The notes beneath the pieces were generated by a model, which saw nothing but the letters and a program-made list of their open reading frames with translations, ran no database searches and had not been told where the DNA came from. A stretch of 64,000 nucleotides of DNA from Schmidtea polychroa (Eukaryota): NCBI GenBank assembly GCA_044892525.1, contig CM097885.1:7194001-7258000 (forward strand). Reading direction: 5' to 3'. Both the position numbers and the translations under genes were made by a program. Below are positions 12,783 to 27,674 of this stretch, one piece after another; positions within the stretch are counted from its first letter, which is position 1, and each line of letters starts with the position of its first letter.

Positions 12783-14985
12783 TCAAATGAAAAGCAGAAA
12801 TTTCGATGCCTGCTTCGGTTGAGAATGAAATTTACCATTGGATTGATTTTGATAATGCATCAGATAATTCCAATGTTCCTTTCAATGATTCTATTTTTAA
12901 TTAATGTTATAAATGATGTTCTACTTATTGTGAATTGGGCTGATAATTGGGTTTTACTGATTTCAGGAAATGACTTGCCCAATAAATAAGGTTTCTAGTA
13001 AACTAAATAATTCTAATCAACCTATAATAAAACAACAACAGAAAATTGAAGCGTGCACTTTTAAACATTTTAATGAGTTTTTAATTTAATTAATTTAAAA
13101 CATCGTATAACAGGCATTTACCAAATAAACAATTGACTTCATGTTACGCACAAAACAGGATGTACAGTAAGAACATATTCATAATATATTATGAAGAACA
13201 GCTAAACAACAATCGAATTTCGTTTGTAATGTCAATAATGTTAATTTCGTAACTAGAAATTTATTGCATCTCATCACGTCCTTCTGACTGGCTGCACGTG
13301 CTAAACTTGTCATGATTTTTGTTTTTTATGGTCGGTCGGGCCCCACAGCACGGCTATATCAGCTATCACAGTAGTTGCACCACTCATTCCTGATTGATGT
13401 TAACGCCGCTGCCTCCAAATATCATTCGTCTATATTCACGATCAATATCTAACTCACTCTCTTCTAGTCTAAACTCTTTCTTGGCATATATTTTCTGCGT
13501 CTCAGTGAACAATTCCTGGGTTTCATAGTGTCATACGATTCTATCTCAACTCACTCTGAAATTCAAAACTAAATTTTAGTTTCATTTTTATATCATTAAA
13601 AAACAAAATTCGGAATTTTTGGTCAGGATATGAGTTCGTTTCGTAAGCTAAATGTTTCACTTCTCTCAATGCCTGTGACCTGCTCTAGTGAAAATTATTA
13701 ATTTTATGAATTCAAGGAAGTAAAATGTAAAAATTAAAGAATTTTGCATATCGATTTACCAAACATAAATATAAAATCCATAAATAAAATCCTTACTGTT
13801 GGATGCGCATGAATGAATCTCGTGTTTTTCTTTAATTGATCTCTTAGATTCTGGTGGTTATTAATTATGGTTTGTTGGATTGTTTACTTAACTTATAAAT
13901 GACATTTGGGCACATTTCATTTTGTAGTCAAAATCTTTTTAAAAATTTGCTATTAAAAAATTCTTATCAAAAACATTTTCAATAACAATATTGATTTAAA
14001 TAATTTTCTTAGATTTTAAAAAAAATATTAATGTTATTTTTTTACAAAATTTTGGAAATTAAGTTACAAATAAATTCGAAAAACACTGAAAAATTAACAT
14101 TAAAAAACCAATATTTATAAAATATTTGTTTATCTATAAAAACATTTTAAATATAGAAATTTCAAAATTAAGAGGAAATAATTATTATTTATAATTATGA
14201 TTTATGAATGTTTTAATAATTTATTTATTTTCACAAATATTGATTTGAAACATTCGAGTCTGACAAAATATTTCGACTTTTAACATTTTCACATATTAGG
14301 TTTATTGATTTATTTATTTTACTATATTCTAACTTTTCGATCATTGAAATATCCTTATCCAATTGTGGATCAACCCCAATATTTATAACCATAACGAGAT
14401 CATTAGATCAAAGGCTAAAACCCCACAATTCCTGAATACATTATTAACCTGCTTAGCGTTACAGAGTAAAATTTTATTCATATCATTTTTTTTAAAAATT
14501 GAATGAAAATTTTTTCTTATTTTGTTAAAAAGTATTTGAATTAACAATATTGATTTTTTGTTAAATTTCTATTTTTGCTCTGATGATTTTGAATTTCTTT
14601 CTAATCTGTTCAAATAAATTCTAATTTTAGATAAAATTTTTTAAATTTTTATGAAAAATATTAATTTTTATATTTTGACCTATTTTTAATTTTGATTTTC
14701 TCTTTAAAAAAGTTATTTAAATTTCCATCAAAATTTTACTTTTTGTTATCAAATTTTAATTTAAATAATTTTGTAAGATTTAAAATAAAAAAACAATGAA
14801 AATTAACATTAATAAAATTTCGAATTACACTCAAAGCTAAAATACAATATTTATAAATTGTTTGTTTATCTACATTAAAATACAAATTATAAATATTGAA
14901 ATTGTAAACGTCAGAAATAATTAATATAATAAGTATAATTTGTGAAAATTGTAAAATGTTGAAAATTTTGTTTATTTTAGATAAA

Positions 14986-16463
14986 ATGTTTTCAAGCGTA
15001 TGGGAAATGATGAAGAGAAATAAATTTGAATTTGATAATGAAATCAGCAATGATTTGATGTGCAGAATTTGCAAATGTTTAATGATAAAAGCTTGCCAAG
15101 CTCCTTGCGGGTGTCACTTTTGTTCTGATTGCATTGAGCATTATTTGGAAGGAAAAGATAAATTCTGTCCAGGAGCAGCAAAATATTGTGAAGTTCTAAC
15201 GATTCTTTTCACTAAAGATGTTTCTGTGGATCATTCAGTGAATTTAAAAATATCTGAAGTTATTGTAAAATGTCCAATGCAAAATTGTGAATTCAAAACC
15301 GAGTTGTGCATGATGGAGAGCCATATGAGAACATGCAACAAGCAGCCAATCAGATGCCCATTCAATAGAATTGGATGTGAAATGAATGAGGTGGTAAAAG
15401 ACAAATTGAAAGCCCATCTCAATGAGAACAATGAAGGCCACAGCAAATTATTGATTGATCAGATCAGTAATTTATGCAATGAGATGCAAGCAATGAGAGA
15501 TGAGAATATGAAATTGCGTAACGAAATTATCGAATTGAAAGGAGAAATGACGCAATTCAAACAACAATTTGATAATATCAATGTATATTTTATTTGTAAT
15601 TGATTTAATTGATATTTATGATTGTAGGTGAAATTGTGCAATATTGAAAGGAAAGAGGTGGAGAACAGAGAGGAAATAGAAGAATTGAATGAGGAAATGG
15701 TTGCAGTGAAGAATGAGAATCGCTCATTGAGAATGGAGATGGAGACAAATATTGGATCAATCAATCAAGTTTGATTATTGATTTGATTTGTTATTGAATT
15801 TTCATTGATGCAAAGCAGATCAGACAGCAAATTGAGGTTATTGAATCAAGATATCAACAGCAAATTGATGAAATGAAAGAGAAATGCGACCAGCAGCTGC
15901 AACAGAAGAATGAAAAGGTGATTTATTGATTTACTGAAATGTTTGAATTTGAGATTCAGTTGCAGCTTGAAATGGCGAAATGCGCCAATGATATTCGGCC
16001 CATTAAAAGAAAATTACCAAATAAAAAATATATAAATTATGGATTTTTTGAATGGCAAATCGATAAATTATCACAACAAAAGGAAGATGAATGGATTTAC
16101 AGCGAGGCATTTTATTCCGGGCCAATCGGTTACAAAATGTGCTTGGCGTTGTGGATTTGGGGTAATTTGTGTATTTCAGCTGGTTTCTGTTTGATGCGTG
16201 GGGCAAATGATGAGCAATTGGATTGGCCGTTCAAACAATTGGTGACAATCGATGTGATCGATCCAGCAAATGGCAGCATTTATATGAGCAGGTCAATGAC
16301 ATTTATGAGCAAGTCAATGACATTTATGAGCAAGCCTAATGCCAAATGGGGGAAACCGTCAAATGACAGAAATATTCCAATTTGGATTTATTTTGGTGAT
16401 TACTCAATCAATAAATTAGCAGCCAAAAGTGATAAATTGCTGCTCAGGTGCAGAATTGAATAA
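14986..16463 (+). CDS. TRAF-family protein (RING, TRAF zinc finger, coiled coil, MATH), ~446 aa; exons 14986-15582, 15628-15768, 15819-15917, 15960-16463
   Basis: RING CRIC...CGCHFCSDC...CP, zinc finger CPMQNC...HMRTC, MATH YSEAFYSGPIGYKMCL and LMRGANDEQLDWPF. Three phase-0 GT-AG introns of 45, 50 and 42 bp keep the frame. AATAAA at 16491. Confidence 0.92.
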
Positions 16464-17461
16464 TTACGAGAAAATTACAAAAAACATTTCAATAAAAATT
16501 GATTTATTTTGGATTTTATCAGATTTATTATTTGCCTTGTGCTGGTGGATCAATTTGTCTGGATCAGTTATTGATGCATTTGCCCAATTATAAACTGATT
16601 GCAACATTATTGATGCTGTGGATCAGCTGTAACCGCATTTAATGCTGATTGGATCAAATCGGATCAGCATTTAATGAGCTTTGTGCAGATCCATTTATTG
16701 AGCTGTTTTGAATCAAATTTTATTGTTGCTCGTGATTTTGAATTGAAATATTTTGAAATTTTTACTTTTTCATTTTATATTCAAAATATTTATTTTCTAT
16801 TTGGAAACATTTTTAATTTTTATTTTCTTTCCGATAAGTGAAATTTTTGCATTTTAATTTCCCCTCAATTGTTACGCTGCTTTGTTTACAAATTGAGATT
16901 TCAATTGCTATTTTATATTTCTCAACCAATTTCCCTCAAATATCAATAATATCGGAATTGCCGCCACCAATAAATGAGAAAATCAATGAAAATTAGCATT
17001 ATATTGATATGAAATTGAATTATTTATTGAACAGCTGTCATTATGAGCATGCAACACACATCATCAGGGGATCTCACAATTGCTGTCATTATCTGATCTA
17101 TTATATCAATGCGGATCAGATATTATGGCAGCCATGTTAGATTTCTATCAGATCATTTATTTGAATTTATTATAATAATATTGCAACTGAGCATTTCTTA
17201 TAATTGAAGGTGAAAATGCATTTGATAGAATCCCTTGAAGGCCAGCCAAATTATCATTATCATTACCGATAATTACAATTCCATATTTATAAAAATGTTG
17301 CTAGGTTCAAGGCAGCAACCAAATTTACACCTTTAGGAGTTCCTTGAAATCTCCATCACATTCCCAACAATAATATCCATAGAAACATTGAACATTTCAA
17401 CATCAAAGCCTTCTGTAGAGTCACAAAATCTCTCATTTTCACTGAGTTTATCAAATATTTG

Positions 17462-19490
17462 AACGCTTTCATTTTACATTTCTTTATCTTTGTCTAATGT
17501 TCAAAATAAATGTTTTATTTAAATGTGTTTTTAGGAAAAGAATTTTAAATAATTTTATATTAAAATGAAATCTCAATAAAGCAAAGCGAAAGAATATGGC
17601 TTATATATATATATATTTGGCTTTACATATGTTTTTTGTAATTTATGTTTATTTTTATACTAATATTTATTTATTTTTATATTCAATTTTTTAATTAATA
17701 TTTGTTTTTTTATCAAAATACGAAATAAATGCAATTTTGGTAGCATTTATGTAGCAATAATAAAATATTTATTTTACACCATTTCCAAATTAGATCTGTT
17801 ATAAGCGGACAATTTCTACCTGACATTCATTTGACTGTCACTCTTTCATTTTACATTTCTTTATTTTTGTCTATTGTTAGTGGAATTTTAGATAATTTTG
17901 TTTAAATGAGATCTGAATAAAATTTAATATTTGACTGTTTTGTGAGACCCCTTAAAGAATTTTGGTTTTTTCTGAACTAATTAATTTTTTTAAGTTTTTT
18001 TATAATTATTAATTAATAACGAAGTGCAAAATTGAGATTTTTTAAAAGATTTTATAGATTTTCAATATTTCCTAAGCTATTGATTTATTGATTTGCATTG
18101 CTGGTTCAAATTGTTGAAAATGAAATCTGTTTTTATACATTTTCTGCTTATTCTATTGGTTCAAAATAATATTTGTTTAATTTGCTACATTTTCTATTTA
18201 CCAAATAAAGCGAGCTTTTCTCAAATTTTCTAAAGGTTTTAGATTGGCTTTGCCTATTTTTACAGAATTTCAGTTTTCTAAGATATTTATTTGATGCAAA
18301 TTTAAAATTTTTTAAAATTTTCACATAATTTTCACGTAAGCTATTTAACTGAAAATATTAAAATAATTTAATAGTAGATGGTTGTCACCGCTATATCATG
18401 TCACCGCTGGCTCACAAACCCCCACCTCCCGCCGGTGGTAAAAAAAACTTTTTAAACAAAAACATGATACATCAAGGTCAACGCTTTCATTTTACATTTT
18501 TTTATGTTTGTCTAATGTCCAAAATAAATGTTTTATTTAAAAAGAATTTTATTCGTAAAAGAATTTTAAATAATTTTATATTAAAATGAAATCTCAATAA
18601 AGCAAAGCGAAAGAATATGGCTTATATATATATAAATTTGCTTTACATATGTTTTTTGTAATTTATGTTTATTTTTATACTAATATTTATTTATTTTTAC
18701 ATTCAAATTTTTTAATTAATATTTGTTTTTATAACAAAATATGAAATAAATGCAATTTAGGCAGAATTTATATAGCAATAATATTTTACACCATTTCCAA
18801 ATTAGATTTGTTATAAGCGGGCAATTTCTACCTGATGACATTCATTTGACTGTCACTCTTTCATTTTACATTTCTTTATTTTTGTCTATTGTTAGTAAAT
18901 TTTAGATAATTTTGTTTAAATGAGATCTGAATAAAATTAAATATTTGACTGTTTTGTGAGACCCTTTAAAGAATTTTGGTTTTTTTTGAACTAATTAAAT
19001 TTTTTAGATTTTTTTATAATTATTAATTAAATATTATTTTTAAATTGATATTTATTTATTTTCTATAAAATTAAAATATTTTAATTAATATTTTTCCACT
19101 CAGGATTTTATTATTATAAAAACATCTTCATTGGCATTGAACTATAAATCTCCTTTAAATTACAATAGTAAAAATAGCCTATTAAAACAATAAATTATCA
19201 TAATTTAATCACAATGACTTACTCTAATGTAGAATCAATTTACAATAAAAAGACAAATTGTTTAATGCTTTATTATGATAACATTGAAGAGCTGCTATGA
19301 ATAAACTCAAAATTTGGAAAGATTTTGTCAAAGAAATAACGAAGTGGAAAATTGAGATTTTTTAAAATATTTTATAGATTTTCAATATTTTGATTTATTG
19401 ATTTATTGATTTATTGATTTGCATTGCTGGTTCAAATTAAGATTTGTTTTATTTACAACATTTTCTATTTACCAAATAAAGCGAGCATTT
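17462..19490. repeat. Local direct duplication: 17462-18215 vs 18481-19490, with ~300 bp extra in the second copy at ~19030-19335
   Basis: Long near-identical runs, e.g. AAATCTCAATAAAGCAAAGCGAAAGAATATGGC and AATAACGAAGTG.AAAATTGAGATTTTTTAAA, in both copies. Confidence 0.85.
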
Positions 19491-20064
19491 CAATAATAAA
19501 ACGACATCTCAAATAGAACGTGCAGAACCAAAGTGGTCACAGCGAAAACTTATTGAACAGTCAGAATAGACATTTATTGCGATATTCGAAGTTTTGTGAA
19601 TTGTATATTTAACGAATTTTATACATAAATATGTTGTTTTGTTTGTCTAAATGTTTTTATAGAACACGTGCAGTCAGAAACAGCGACTTTAATATTTATT
19701 TAATTGAAAACTCAACAGATTAAATGAAATGGGACAGTTTTGTTGATATAAGAGTAAAGAGAAGTGTGCTCCATGACTCATTGGTAAACAAAGGCATCGA
19801 TGACTCAACGGAGTGACTCATTACAAAATACTTATATTCAAATTTGAAAGGGTCAAATTATATATATGGTTATCATTCGGAAGTTCTTGAAGAGCGCTAT
19901 AAAATAATTATACCCTGGAAGGTGTATGGTTTGTCCTCAACCTTCAATAGGTCAAAAACCTTCGAATTTTTTGAAACCTTATAATATGTATATATCAAAC
20001 AAAAGCTTATTCAAAGGTGAGTATTATGGGCATACTTTTGAAAGGTCCAAGGTCCAAATTTTAA

Positions 20065-21450
20065 AACCTAAAGTGTCCAACACAAATGGATCAACATCTG
20101 AAACAAGTTGGCGCCTTGCAAAGATCTTGAAACCATTATTTGACACGATACCACATCATTTTCAAAGCGGCGACTGCCTCATGACAAGATAAAATAATAA
20201 CATAATTTCTCATAGAGAATTCAGATACCCATTCAGTCTTGATGTCGTATCACTATACACATCTATCGATCCAAAAGATGCTATTCAATGTTTAGAAAAG
20301 AAATTTAAAAAAAATAAAAAAAAATAAGAGAAAGCAACTTGTTAATAAAGGATATGAATACCGAGAATACTGAGCAAAATATCTATAAACAAGCTAAAGG
20401 TCTGCCTATGGGTTCTAGCATATCAGGATTGCTAGCAATCATCTTTATGGATAACCTCGAACGACAGACACTGAGTACCATACAACCCATCGGTTTCTAT
20501 GCAAGATATGTTGATGATATCTTCATCACGACCAAAACCAGAAAAGAAGCGGAGGAAATATTTCATACATTCAATGCGGCTCACCGAGATATTAAGTTCG
20601 AAATCGAATATCCGGAAGAAGATGGATTAATCAATCTACTGGATTTAAAAATTAAAATAGAAGTAGATACTCCAGCATTCGGGTTTTACAGAAAATCAAC
20701 TCGCAAAAAAATATTTATGCACCAAAGATCAGCGCTTCCATACTTAAAGAAAGTACACGTGCTATAAAACGAGAAACAAAGGATACCCAATCGATGTACT
20801 GAAGAAAACTAAAACTATAATCAACAAATAAACTTCAATGAAATCCTATACAGAAACATATATCAAGGTAAGGACATTGAAAGAATGAATTCTACTCCAG
20901 AAATATCTAAGGAAATAACACACAAAATGAAAAAGAAATATTTTTATCTGAATATCCCATACATTAATTACATACTCGACTTCAAGATCCTAAATGAACT
21001 GAAACGCACTAGCCTTCCAATTCGTATACCACATAAATCTTGGACATTGAGAAAAGCTCTTGAAAAGAACACAAAAAAACAATTGCAAACGGAAAACTTT
21101 CAGACACCGAAAGATCTGTGCTTTCGAAAAAACATTGTCTATTGATTCACGTGCGATGTATAAAAGGAAATATACATTGGAAGCCCGCTCAGGACCTTGT
21201 ACCAAAGAGTTAAAGAACATCTAGATCCTTGTGGAAAATCCTCGGTATACAGATATCTCCAACAAAGTCAACCAAGAAATGAAAGAAAAAATAATTTAAT
21301 CAAAATCTTAGCGGCTAAGACTTAGCCAATGGAAACATCACAAAAAATTTCAGATTTAAGGAAGCAATTTTCATAATAAACAGACGGCCAACTATCAACA
21401 CTAAAGAAGAAATCATTGAAATCATCAGTTTGATTTGTTGTTACTTACCT
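20065..21450 (+). mobile_element. Penelope-like retroelement relic (RT plus GIY-YIG endonuclease)
   Basis: LAKILKPL, FSLDVVSLYTSI, YKQAKGLPMGSSISGLLA, YARYVDD, LLDLKI, FYRKST, then NIVY*FTC...YIGS...RVKEHL. Multiple stops and frameshifts. Confidence 0.85.
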
Positions 21451-22062
21451 TGAGAAAAGTTTTTAAAAAATTAAATTAAAAATTAAAAATAATAATATAA
21501 AATAATATAGAAAAATAGATAAAATATAATTTTAGAAGATCATTAGTATTTAAAAATCAAAATAGAAACATTTTTTTAAATATTTAAATTCCGTATATAA
21601 ATAGTTATTGGAAACTATATTTTATAAATATTTTAAGATAGTATTTATTAAATTAGGTTTCTACGAGCTAATTATAGAAGCTTTAAAAATTTTAAAATTT
21701 TTCCTTGTTAGTCGTTTTGAATTTTAAAGGATATTTAATTAAAACATCTTTAGAAATTTTATATGCTTGAGAAAAAAGTTTATTATTATTATTGACCAAT
21801 GAGAAGTAAAAAAAAGGAAATAAAAATTAAAGAGCTTTTTTGAAAATAAAAGAAGCTAAAATCCATGAAATTGAAAAGGACTATCTTATATTTGAAATTT
21901 TTTCATTTGTATTAAATATATTATTCGTAGCAAAGGGCTTAAATTATCATTTAATTGTTTAAATTTTAATTAATGCTGCTACCAAGTAATCATCAATTTA
22001 TAATTATCTCACTTGAATAAAATAAACAGTACAAGCTTTGTGATAACCAGTGCAAATCCCAA

Positions 22063-22102
22063 CAGTAGACTAGTTTAGAGCTTTTGGCTCTCATCAATAC
22101 TA
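22063..22102 (-). ncRNA. Minimal type I hammerhead ribozyme, degenerate
   Basis: Minus strand TAGTA tTGATGA GAGC caaaa GCTC tAAA CTAG TC TACTG. Stems I, II and palindromic III intact; two core substitutions. Confidence 0.7.
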
Positions 22103-22399
22103 TCAAGATTTCTCTTTGCGCCAGGTAAGTATACAATATTGCTGATTCAACTCTATTGCATACTTTCCCCGGTACACTGGAAATCACATCATTTGCAAAT
22201 TAGCTTGGTCACAAAAAATCTGTAAACTTGTAAGCATGGCCTATGAAAAATCATAATCACCTCTGCGGACTAAAAAATTAGTCGATACACAGAAACTGTT
22301 TACAAGTTCATCCGATTACTTTTAGCATTTTTAACTTATAAAATAATGTTGTAACATTTTTTGTCGGATGTCTCACTTGAAACTTTAACGTCTCCTACA

Positions 22400-22436
22400 T
22401 AGTACTGATGAGAGTCAAGAGCTCGAATTTCTACTA
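22400..22436 (+). ncRNA. Minimal type I hammerhead ribozyme, degenerate
   Basis: TAGTA CTGATGA GAGT caaga GCTC GAA tt TC TACTA. CUGAUGA core intact, stem III damaged. Confidence 0.7.
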
Positions 22437-22473
22437 TTGGGGTTTGCACTGGGTATCACAAAGCTTGTACTGT

Positions 22474-22733
<260 letters not shown>

Positions 22734-25700
22734 TGGGGGAAAACAGTTTATAAATTATTTCTATTAAAACAATTATAGTTGTCGTTTTAAAGAAAGTTTT
22801 TGGTTACGATAAATTGTTATTTTTTTAACGGTTGTTGAGAATTAAGTTACAGCAAAATTCTGTAATAAATACTTAATTAGTAAAAGTTTTCAATTTTCTA
22901 TAAGAATTTCGTCTGAAAAGATTTGTTTTAATTAAGTTGATGAGATAAGTATCTTATGCTGGATTTCTAATTGACGCTTTTTTGAAATATTTTCATAATT
23001 AAAATAATTTTATTTGTTTTAATTAATGATATTTATGTGGGACTGTGAATTGTCATTGGACAAAGAACTTTATTAAGTATGTATATATATTTTTTCGATC
23101 TTAATTGAATTGTTATTATTTTGTTTAAACAAAGAGTTCATTTCATGCCAAGAAACATTAATATAAAGATTAAAAAGGTCTTTCCAGACATTTGAAAGTC
23201 ATGAAGAAAAGAACTTCTGAAAATGTTCATTTTATAATATTTTTATTCTGGGTACAAATGATAATTTGTTTTAATAAAAATGAAATTAGAGAAAAAGAAA
23301 GCAATTGTATTACCGACAGAGATCATTCAGATTGAAAAAAAGTCATTTTCATTGTAGCACTTAACATGGTACATAGAAGGCTTTCCATTTTCATTAAATA
23401 TAATAGCTTATACTGTTATAATTTTCATATACTATTGTTGTGAGGAGAGAATTTTGACTTTTCTTTTTTTATAACAAATAACATGTAAAACATAGAACAT
23501 TGCATTTTCCTCTTTATCGTAGGTAACTCCACCACCAACCTTTTATTTCAAAATTGATGCGCTTTACAACTCTCCTTTTAATACATTCTCAATACATACT
23601 TTTAATAAATTTGTAATTATTAACTTCCTTTAAATTTGCTGGGATTTAACTGTATTTTATCCCTCCTTTGATAAGGTTCTCTCTGGATCAAGCATTTATT
23701 AAATTGCATTATCTGACTAAAATCATCTAACTCTTTGCCTGTTTGTTATATCAACTAATTAATTAATTATTTTGTATTTTTGATATAACCTTTACTAAGG
23801 ACACACTATCGATTTGAAATTATTATATTCATTTTGTCTTTTCATTTGCCTCCTGCATTTCCCTCAAAAAATATTGATTTTTACATTTTTTGTTTTGTAC
23901 AAAATTCTCTATACATTTTCCATTAATTTATACAATCCCTGCAATATTGTATTTATTTAAGTTGCGTTGGAAGTACTTTTTATTTATACCATTCATTAAA
24001 TTGTCGCTTTTGGATAGGATGAATTTCCCTAAATTTCCCTAATGTCAAAACATACACGAAGTCAATCAAAATATGAAATATTCTCTACTAATATTAAACA
24101 ATATTTTGATATTATAACAGAAATATGTAATTTTATTCAATTTAAAATAATTACAAATTGAAGTTGGGTTATTGCTACATTTCTAACTGTTCTAAGTGCA
24201 AAATGCTCCTACATTTCGTTATAAAGAAGTTTGTATCATGTTAAGTGAAAAAATATAGCGAAATAATTCAGATCTGAAATTTACGGAGGCTTTACTTATC
24301 AGAAAATTAATTACATAAATTTATTTATTATTCAACAAACAAATATTTTCATTTATTAAAATGATTTCTTGTTAGCATCATAAATTAAATGTTAAACAAG
24401 GGACATAATATTAGGGATTATCATATAATTTACTTGTTTGAAAATTTTTATAACAATAATAATAATAATAATAATTATTATTATTATTATTATTATTATT
24501 ATTGTAAAGAAGAATAATAAATAAATATTACACAATTAATCAAAAAAACCTGTTACATAATAACATGTCAAAATCGTAGTTTCAAGATCAGAGTTTATTT
24601 ATGATGTTTGATGCTAGTTTTTGAATATTGTAATATATGTATTTGTGCAGATATTTTGTATCAATAATTAATAAACCAATAAACTTCCTTTTAGATATTA
24701 TGCAATGAAGAGCTATATAATGATGTGTTTCTAATTAACAATTATTATTATTATTATTATTTTCTAATAATTTTATTATGAGCAATTATAATATTTTATT
24801 TCTTTGATTCAAGTTCGTGTAGTTTAATGTATATTTTTGTATGTATTGCACTGCATATTTTTGCATTACTATTAATTAATTAAATTATTTATATATTTAT
24901 TTTATTTATATTTATTTTACAAAAATCGAGTAGCAGTAAAAGTAATTAATTGAAAATTAAAATTAGAAGTTGCTGTCATATTCAATTTATTATAAATAAA
25001 GAATTATTTTTATGTGGAGACATTCCGATATTACCGGTTTGACTTTAATTGCTTCATGTCTATTATTTATAGCTGCATTTATCCCCAATATTATTGGGTT
25101 TTTTTTAATTGAAAATTTTCAAACACAGTGGCTGAGTTGTTACTGATATGTTGGTTTCTGGAGGATAATAATTAATTTCCCAAATTTTCCTCCAACAACT
25201 CATCATTCCATGCCAGACAATCCAATCTGGTAAATTATTATTCTTGTTGTTATTTGTGGAGAATTTTAAATTTTAAACTTTTCTGTCTGTGAAAAGGACA
25301 AATTTTCTGTTCTGACATATCTTTCAGTTTTTTTATTAGAATTTATTTTGTAGGCCTTTCTCTCTATTAGGAATTGACTTTATATATTTCCCTGTTTGTT
25401 AATGTTTTGGTTTTGTTATGTTATTCGAATTTTTCTGTAAAGTTTGTGAAATATTGCTTCTTTTGATACTAGTTCTTTATAAAATATGTTATTCAAAATT
25501 GCAAGATAAGCATGTTTTTTCGTACACTTTGTACAAACACTTGTAAGAATATTTTTTTTATAATATACTTTGCTTTTTTAATTAAATATATAGTTATTTA
25601 CTAGGAAGGATTCTTTTAATTTTGCAATAAAAGCTAGGCATAGGAAAATGAGTTTATAAAGGATGTACTGGTATTGAGCTACGTGTATGTCAGGTGATTT

Positions 25701-26173
25701 TAAGACGAAAGAGTCGTATAGATATAATTCTCTGGTTATTTCTAGTCTGTCTTTATTTTGTGTTTAAATTGTATTTATATATAATTGCATAAAAAAAGAA
25801 AAAAACATTTAAAACAGATAAGAGAAAGCTATTGGAAATATAGCAATGATCAAGTTTTATATTTTTATTTGAAGACATTGAAGTATAAAGTGGTATTAAT
25901 AAACAACATTTGAAACCTAGTAAGGAAATTTCAATTAAAAGTCCGCAACAATTATCTACACAAATAGCTAGTGTAGTCTTAACATCCCTAATTCTTGTAT
26001 TAGTGCATTGTCATTTGTGAAGTAACTGTAATTGGATATTTGATTGCCTTGATCTTTATTTTATATTTATTATTGAATATTAATGTTGTCATGTTAGTTT
26101 GGTAAATATTAAATGACTAAATCCTTAAATTTTGTTATTGTTTAGTAATGATTCAAATTATAAATAATAGTAC

Positions 26174-26371
26174 TGAGGGTTCTACCCCTCTAACGTAAAG
26201 ACCCCAGATAAGAATCACATTGTCAGACCACGTACACCATTAAATTAAAAAATAAAAAACTTAGTACCTATGAAAAACTTACTGCCTAGTATTTAGTAAA
26301 AACCAATTACTCGATAAATAATTTATTAATTTGATGAAAATGGCTTTGGGCTGGAGGAGGTAGAACCCTCA
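26174..26371. mobile_element. Small MITE-like element
   Basis: 13-bp perfect inverted repeat TGAGGGTTCTACC / GGTAGAACCCTCA, ~200 bp apart. Confidence 0.45.
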
Positions 26372-27319
26372 CTAATTGGAAAAAAATAATAATTTTATTG
26401 ACTTGGAAAATATTTGGGAAAAGTTCTTGGAAAATTTTGGGACTTATTTGAGTCACTTAGATATATCTTCACTACTCCATTTCTTGAGACTTGGAAAATT
26501 CTCTGATTTGGCACCTGCGCAAATATTATCGCTATAAAAATGTATTTTTGCAAACCTTTTAATAAATATATTTCAAAATCTCATTAAGTGAAACATGAAA
26601 GAACCCAAGGTTCAAAAAATAAAATGTGGTGGGATCTACAACAAGTGAGATAATAATCATTATACATTTCCAAATCATTCTTTTCTTGTATAATTTCAAC
26701 CAAATCATTTCAATGAGGAAATGTTGTTGTTAAATCAGACAAAATACATTTTTTGTTATCATAGTTTTCCAAAGAAGATTTTTATGATTTTTGTAATAAC
26801 ATCTCATGATTTTTAGAATTTAAATTATAAATAATATCCATACTTTTTTCAGAAAATGGTTTGAAGCAATCTAAATAATTTTGATGAGTTATTTTTTATT
26901 TTATGTTTTACACATTTTTTATTCCTTTATTTTTATTTTCTTCGCCTTAAAAACATTTGAGAGAATATTGTTTAGCTCGGTCTACGACCTCATCAACAGA
27001 GATGACTTTATTGGTAAATTTCCCTACTACTTTTCAAAAAAAAATATTTTTAAAATTAATAAAAATTTAAAGTGTAAAAAACAACAGCTTAGATAGCACA
27101 GTGGGAATCTATTTAACAAACATCAATAATAAACATGGTTCAAATTCCAAGTAAAACTATTTTTATAAACAAATTTCAATGTTTCTGTTTTAATATAACA
27201 ACTATTTTATAATTTGTTTTACTATTATAAAATAAATATTTTGTGTATTTTGTGTGTATTAGTATTTCTTTTAATTAACTTACAAAATAAATATGAAAAA
27301 ATAATTTTTTGAACCGAGT

Positions 27320-27650
27320 GTGGTGGCGAAACGTGAGACATCACCAAAAGTCTTTCCAACACACCTGGGATTGATCCCTGAATTGTTTGAATTTCTTTCA
27401 AACAGTTTTGATTCAAAATTTTCTAAACGTTGGAATAACTTGATTTATGCTATTCACAACGATCTGTTGGCAAAGTATTTGAGGATTTTCTTTCAAGCAT
27501 TGTTAAAATGATTCCCTCGGATTCATGTGTTCAAACGGATAGTGGCCTATCACAGTCAATTAAATTTTGCTAAAACTTCCCAGTATCATGTAAGTGTTGA
27601 CGGACTTTGTTAAACATTCTTCTTCTTTATATCTGCGATTTTGTAAAGCT
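27320..27650 (-). pseudogene. Possible Tc1/mariner-type transposase N-terminal relic
   Basis: KVRQHLHDTGKF...DRPLSV*THESEE...LKENP resembles the HTH / GRPR-linker region. Heavily degraded. Confidence 0.3.
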
Positions 27651-27674
27651 TCTTCATATAATTATCTTACTTAA

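Noticed and set aside
21143..21163. TGA in the PLE GIY-YIG region as selenocysteine recoding
   Set aside because: The element has many other stops and frameshifts, including TAA, so decay is the simpler explanation.
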